DNA of 48,112 nt from Octopus bimaculoides. Taxonomy: Eukaryota. The position numbers and the translations under genes are program-made. The notes under the pieces were generated by a model that saw only the letters and a program-made list of their open reading frames with translations, ran no database searches and was not told the DNA's origin. The DNA lies in assembly GCF_001194135.2 (NCBI RefSeq), contig NC_068986.1, forward strand, positions 26,573,821 through 26,621,932. The letters are read 5' to 3'. Positions 45,207 to 48,112 of this stretch are shown one piece after another (the stretch's first letter is position 1; every line of letters begins with the position of its first letter).

Positions 45207-45539
45207 GTGAGTTGGCGAGGTAGTGCATGTTGTTCGGGGCACTAGTATACACAAGACATCTAAGTGATAGAGAAGTTTTAAAATGTTAAAGCAAATTGGA
45301 ACGGTGTCATAAATTAATAAATATTAAAAACAAAAAACAAAATAGAAAAAACAGCAACAAACGTTGACCTGTTTTATTGACTGGCCAAGTAAACGGACAA
45401 GCCAGATAACAACAACCAGTCTGATCCGTTCGATGATTGGTTGACATGTAAAAATGGCCAACATCTGAAGTGAAAACATGTTGGATCTTGTTTAGTTGTC
45501 TGTAGCCTTCAATTTCATATCCTGCTTCATATGCACACC

Positions 45540-45540
<1 letters not shown>

Positions 45541-45585
<45 letters not shown>

Positions 45586-45586
45586 A

Positions 45587-45631
<45 letters not shown>

Positions 45632-45656
45632 TTCTCTCTCTCTCTCTCACTCTCTT

Positions 45657-45687
<31 letters not shown>

Positions 45688-45690
45688 ATC

Positions 45691-45730
<40 letters not shown>
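45541..45730. repeat. (CT)n microsatellite
   Basis: Direct reading. Confidence 0.98.
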
Positions 45731-45731
<1 letters not shown>

Positions 45732-45929
45732 GTTATTAAAATACGCAGGAACGATACCACAATGCTAGTCTCAAATAATATCTGTAAAACGTGTCTGTAT
45801 TTGTGTGTGTGTGTATGCATTTGTATGTGTGTGCATACGTACGTATATACGTGTGCGAGCGTGTGCATGTGCGTGTGTGTGTGTGTGTATGTGTGTGCAT
45901 ACGCACGTATATACGTGTGCGAGCGTGTG

Positions 45930-45965
<36 letters not shown>

Positions 45966-46084
45966 CGCACGCGTGCGTGTGTGTGTATGAATACTGATAC
46001 TGAAAAAGTTGACAGTCATGCAGATAATAACTTGGTGCTCATGATGGTATCATTATCATCATCATCATCATCATCATAATTATT

Positions 46085-46304
46085 AAGGCGGCGAGCTGGC
46101 AGAATCGTTAGCACGCTGGACGAGATGCTTAGCGGTATTTCACCCGTCACTACGTTCTGAGTTCAAATTCCGCTGAGGTCGACTTTACCTTTCATCCTAT
46201 CGGGGTCAATAAATTAAGTACCAGTTGAGTACTAGGGTCGAGGTAATCGACTGACTATCACCTTCCCCCAAATTTCAGGTCTTATGCCTATAATAGAAAG
46301 AATT
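46085..46304 (+). mobile_element. SINE family B, full length
   Basis: Complete head, core and gaaagaattattatt tail. Confidence 0.94.
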
Positions 46305-46314
46305 ATTATTATTA

Positions 46315-47422
46315 TTGTTCAGTAGTTTTATTTTTATAACGTGCTTTCACTTCACTACCGAGCGCAGCTCTGTGCGCCTTGGGTATGTGCTGTGGTTTGC
46401 TGTGGTGCTCTTATGTTTACTGTATTGAAAGTGTTTTGCGTAGAATGTGTGCAGTACCCAGTAGTGCAATTTTCTGTATGTTATATATATTTGTAAGTCC
46501 TGCTATTTTTGTTATGTATTTGTCTGAATATTTTTTTATTATACCTAAGGCACCNNNNNNNNNNNNNNNNNNNNNNNNNNNNNNNNNNNNNNNNNNNNNN
46601 NNNNNNNNNNNNNNNNNNNNNNNNNNNNNNNNNNNNNNNNNNNNNNNNNNNNNNNNNNNNNNNNNNNNNNNNNNNNNNNNNNNNNNNNNNNNNNNNNNNN
46701 NNNNNNNNNNNNNNNNNNNNNNNNNNNNNNNNNNNNNNNNNNNNNNNNNNNNNNNNNNNNNNNNNNNNNNNNNNNNNNNNNNNNNNNNNNNNNNNNNNNN
46801 NNNNNNNNNNNNNNNNNNNNNNNNNNNNNNNNNNNNNNNNNNNNNNNNNNNNNNNNNNNNNNNNNNNNNNNNNNNNNNNNNNNNNNNNNNNNNNNNNNNN
46901 NNNNNNNNNNNNNNNNNNNNNNNNNNNNNNNNNNNNNNNNNNNNNNNNNNNNNNNNNNNNNNNNNNNNNNNNNNNNNNNNNNNNNNNNNNNNNNNNNNNN
47001 NNNNNNNNNNNNNNNNNNNNNNNNNNNNNNNNNNNNNNNNNNNNNNNNNNNNNNNNNNNNNNNNNNNNNNNNNNNNNNNNNNNNNNNNNNNNNNNNNNNN
47101 NNNNNNNNNNNNNNNNNNNNNNNNNNNNNNNNNNNNNNNNNNNNNNNNNNNNNNNNNNNNNNNNNNNNNNNNNNNNNNNNNNNNNNNNNNNNNNNNNNNN
47201 NNNNNNNNNNNNNNNNNNNNNNNNNNNNNNNNNNNNNNNNNNNNNNNNNNNNNNNNNNNNNNNNNNNNNNNNNNNNNNNNNNNNNNNNNNNNNATTTGTA
47301 TTAGTTTCCCTTGCTTCTGGAGTAGGTATTTTTGCAGTCCTATAGTGGTTATTTTATAATAGTTTTCTAGCTGTATAAGACCCCTGCCACCTTCTGTGCG
47401 TTGTATATATAGCCTTTCTATG

Positions 47423-47424
<2 letters not shown>
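46315..47424 (-). mobile_element. R4/Dong-type retrotransposon 3' fragment (subfamily 4), mostly in a gap
   Basis: DIERLYIQRTEGGRGLIQLE (47294-47424) and GALGIIKK...NIQKIALLGTAHILRKTLSIQ* (46417-46554). (ATT)n on both sides. Confidence 0.93.
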
Positions 47425-47483
<59 letters not shown>

Positions 47484-47688
47484 GGCAACGGGCTGGCAGA
47501 ATCGTTAGCACGCCGGGCAAAATGGATAGCGGCGTCTCGTCCGTCTTTACGTTCTGGGTTCAAATTCCTCCAAAGTCGACTTTGCCTTTCATCTATTCGA
47601 GGTGGGTCGATCAAATAAGCACCAGTTGATGTAATCGACTTATACCTTCCCTGAAACTGCTGGGCTTGAGCCAAAATTTGAAACCTAT
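47484..47688 (+). mobile_element. SINE family B
   Basis: ggcaacgggctggcagaatcgttagcacgccgggc...gtcgactttgcctttcatc. Confidence 0.92.
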
Positions 47689-47707
47689 TATCATTATTAT
47701 TATTATC

Positions 47708-47882
47708 ATTGCCTTTGCACAGCTTCTAACCCTGGAGATGTACTACAGTGTCAGCTGTTCACTACCAGTGAACTAAGGTAACACTTATTCTTCGAGCACC
47801 TTCCGGAGTATTCGAGCGGTTCCAAGTAGTGCTATTTTCTGCAAGTGCTCCACCCTTATTACAGCCCCTATTTGTTCCACAT
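47708..47882 (-). mobile_element. R4/Dong-type 3' end (subfamily 3, second copy)
   Basis: YVEQIGAVIRVEHLQKIALLGTARILRKVLEE*. The 3' end ttagaagctgtgcaaaggcaat matches 39903-39924. Confidence 0.92.
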
Positions 47883-47892
47883 ATTATTATTA

Positions 47893-48112
47893 TTTTATGT
47901 TTGACTTTTGTTTTGCATTTGTACAAGTTGGATCCAAGTCTCACCCAGAGACCTCAAGAGACAACAAGTTAGAAGTTCATGTAGGTGTTATGCCTAGGGT
48001 ACCATATATTTGGATTTGTACAGTTTTGTTCAAGTGAATGTTTAAGAAACCATAAGAAAATTATGTTTGCTTTAAAATTTGAGATCACATAGACAGTATT
48101 TTACGTAGGATA
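47893..48112 (-). mobile_element. R4/Dong-type 3' end (subfamily 5), truncated by the window edge
   Basis: The - strand reads ILRKILSM* (stop at 48085-48087). The 3' UTR contains gaggtctctgggtgagactt, similar to subfamily 2 gaggtccttgttgtgactt. Ends in an (AAT)n tail. Confidence 0.75.

Overview
Repeat-dense, AT-rich eukaryotic genomic DNA from a draft assembly with many N gaps. It is probably an octopus or other coleoid cephalopod; this is inferred from recalled SINE families and TTAGGG repeats, not from a database search. No host protein-coding gene can be securely identified, and nearly all ORFs in the track are artefacts of microsatellites, N runs or SINEs. The window contains: (1) about 50 copies or fragments of tRNA-headed SINE-type families, labelled A-E here, which swap head, core and tail modules; (2) six 5'-truncated R4/Dong-type non-LTR retrotransposon fragments with a restriction-like endonuclease (RLE), from five subfamilies, all bordered by (AAT)n tracts; (3) Penelope-like reverse transcriptase (RT) remnants and several minimal hammerhead ribozyme motifs; (4) non-autonomous DNA elements (hAT-like MITEs, a mariner-like terminus, a DINE-1/HINE-like Helentron element); and (5) many microsatellites. 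The two most notable structures are a TSD-flanked, inverted, non-coding retroelement with a tRNA-like B-box, (AAT)n and a hammerhead in each arm (9937-10643), and a 281-bp palindromic MITE with a perfect 8-bp TSD that carries head-to-head telomeric arrays (40956-41236). Several pre-miRNA-sized hairpins and one candidate 30-nt microexon are also flagged. Boundaries of degenerate repeats are approximate (about 5-15 bp).
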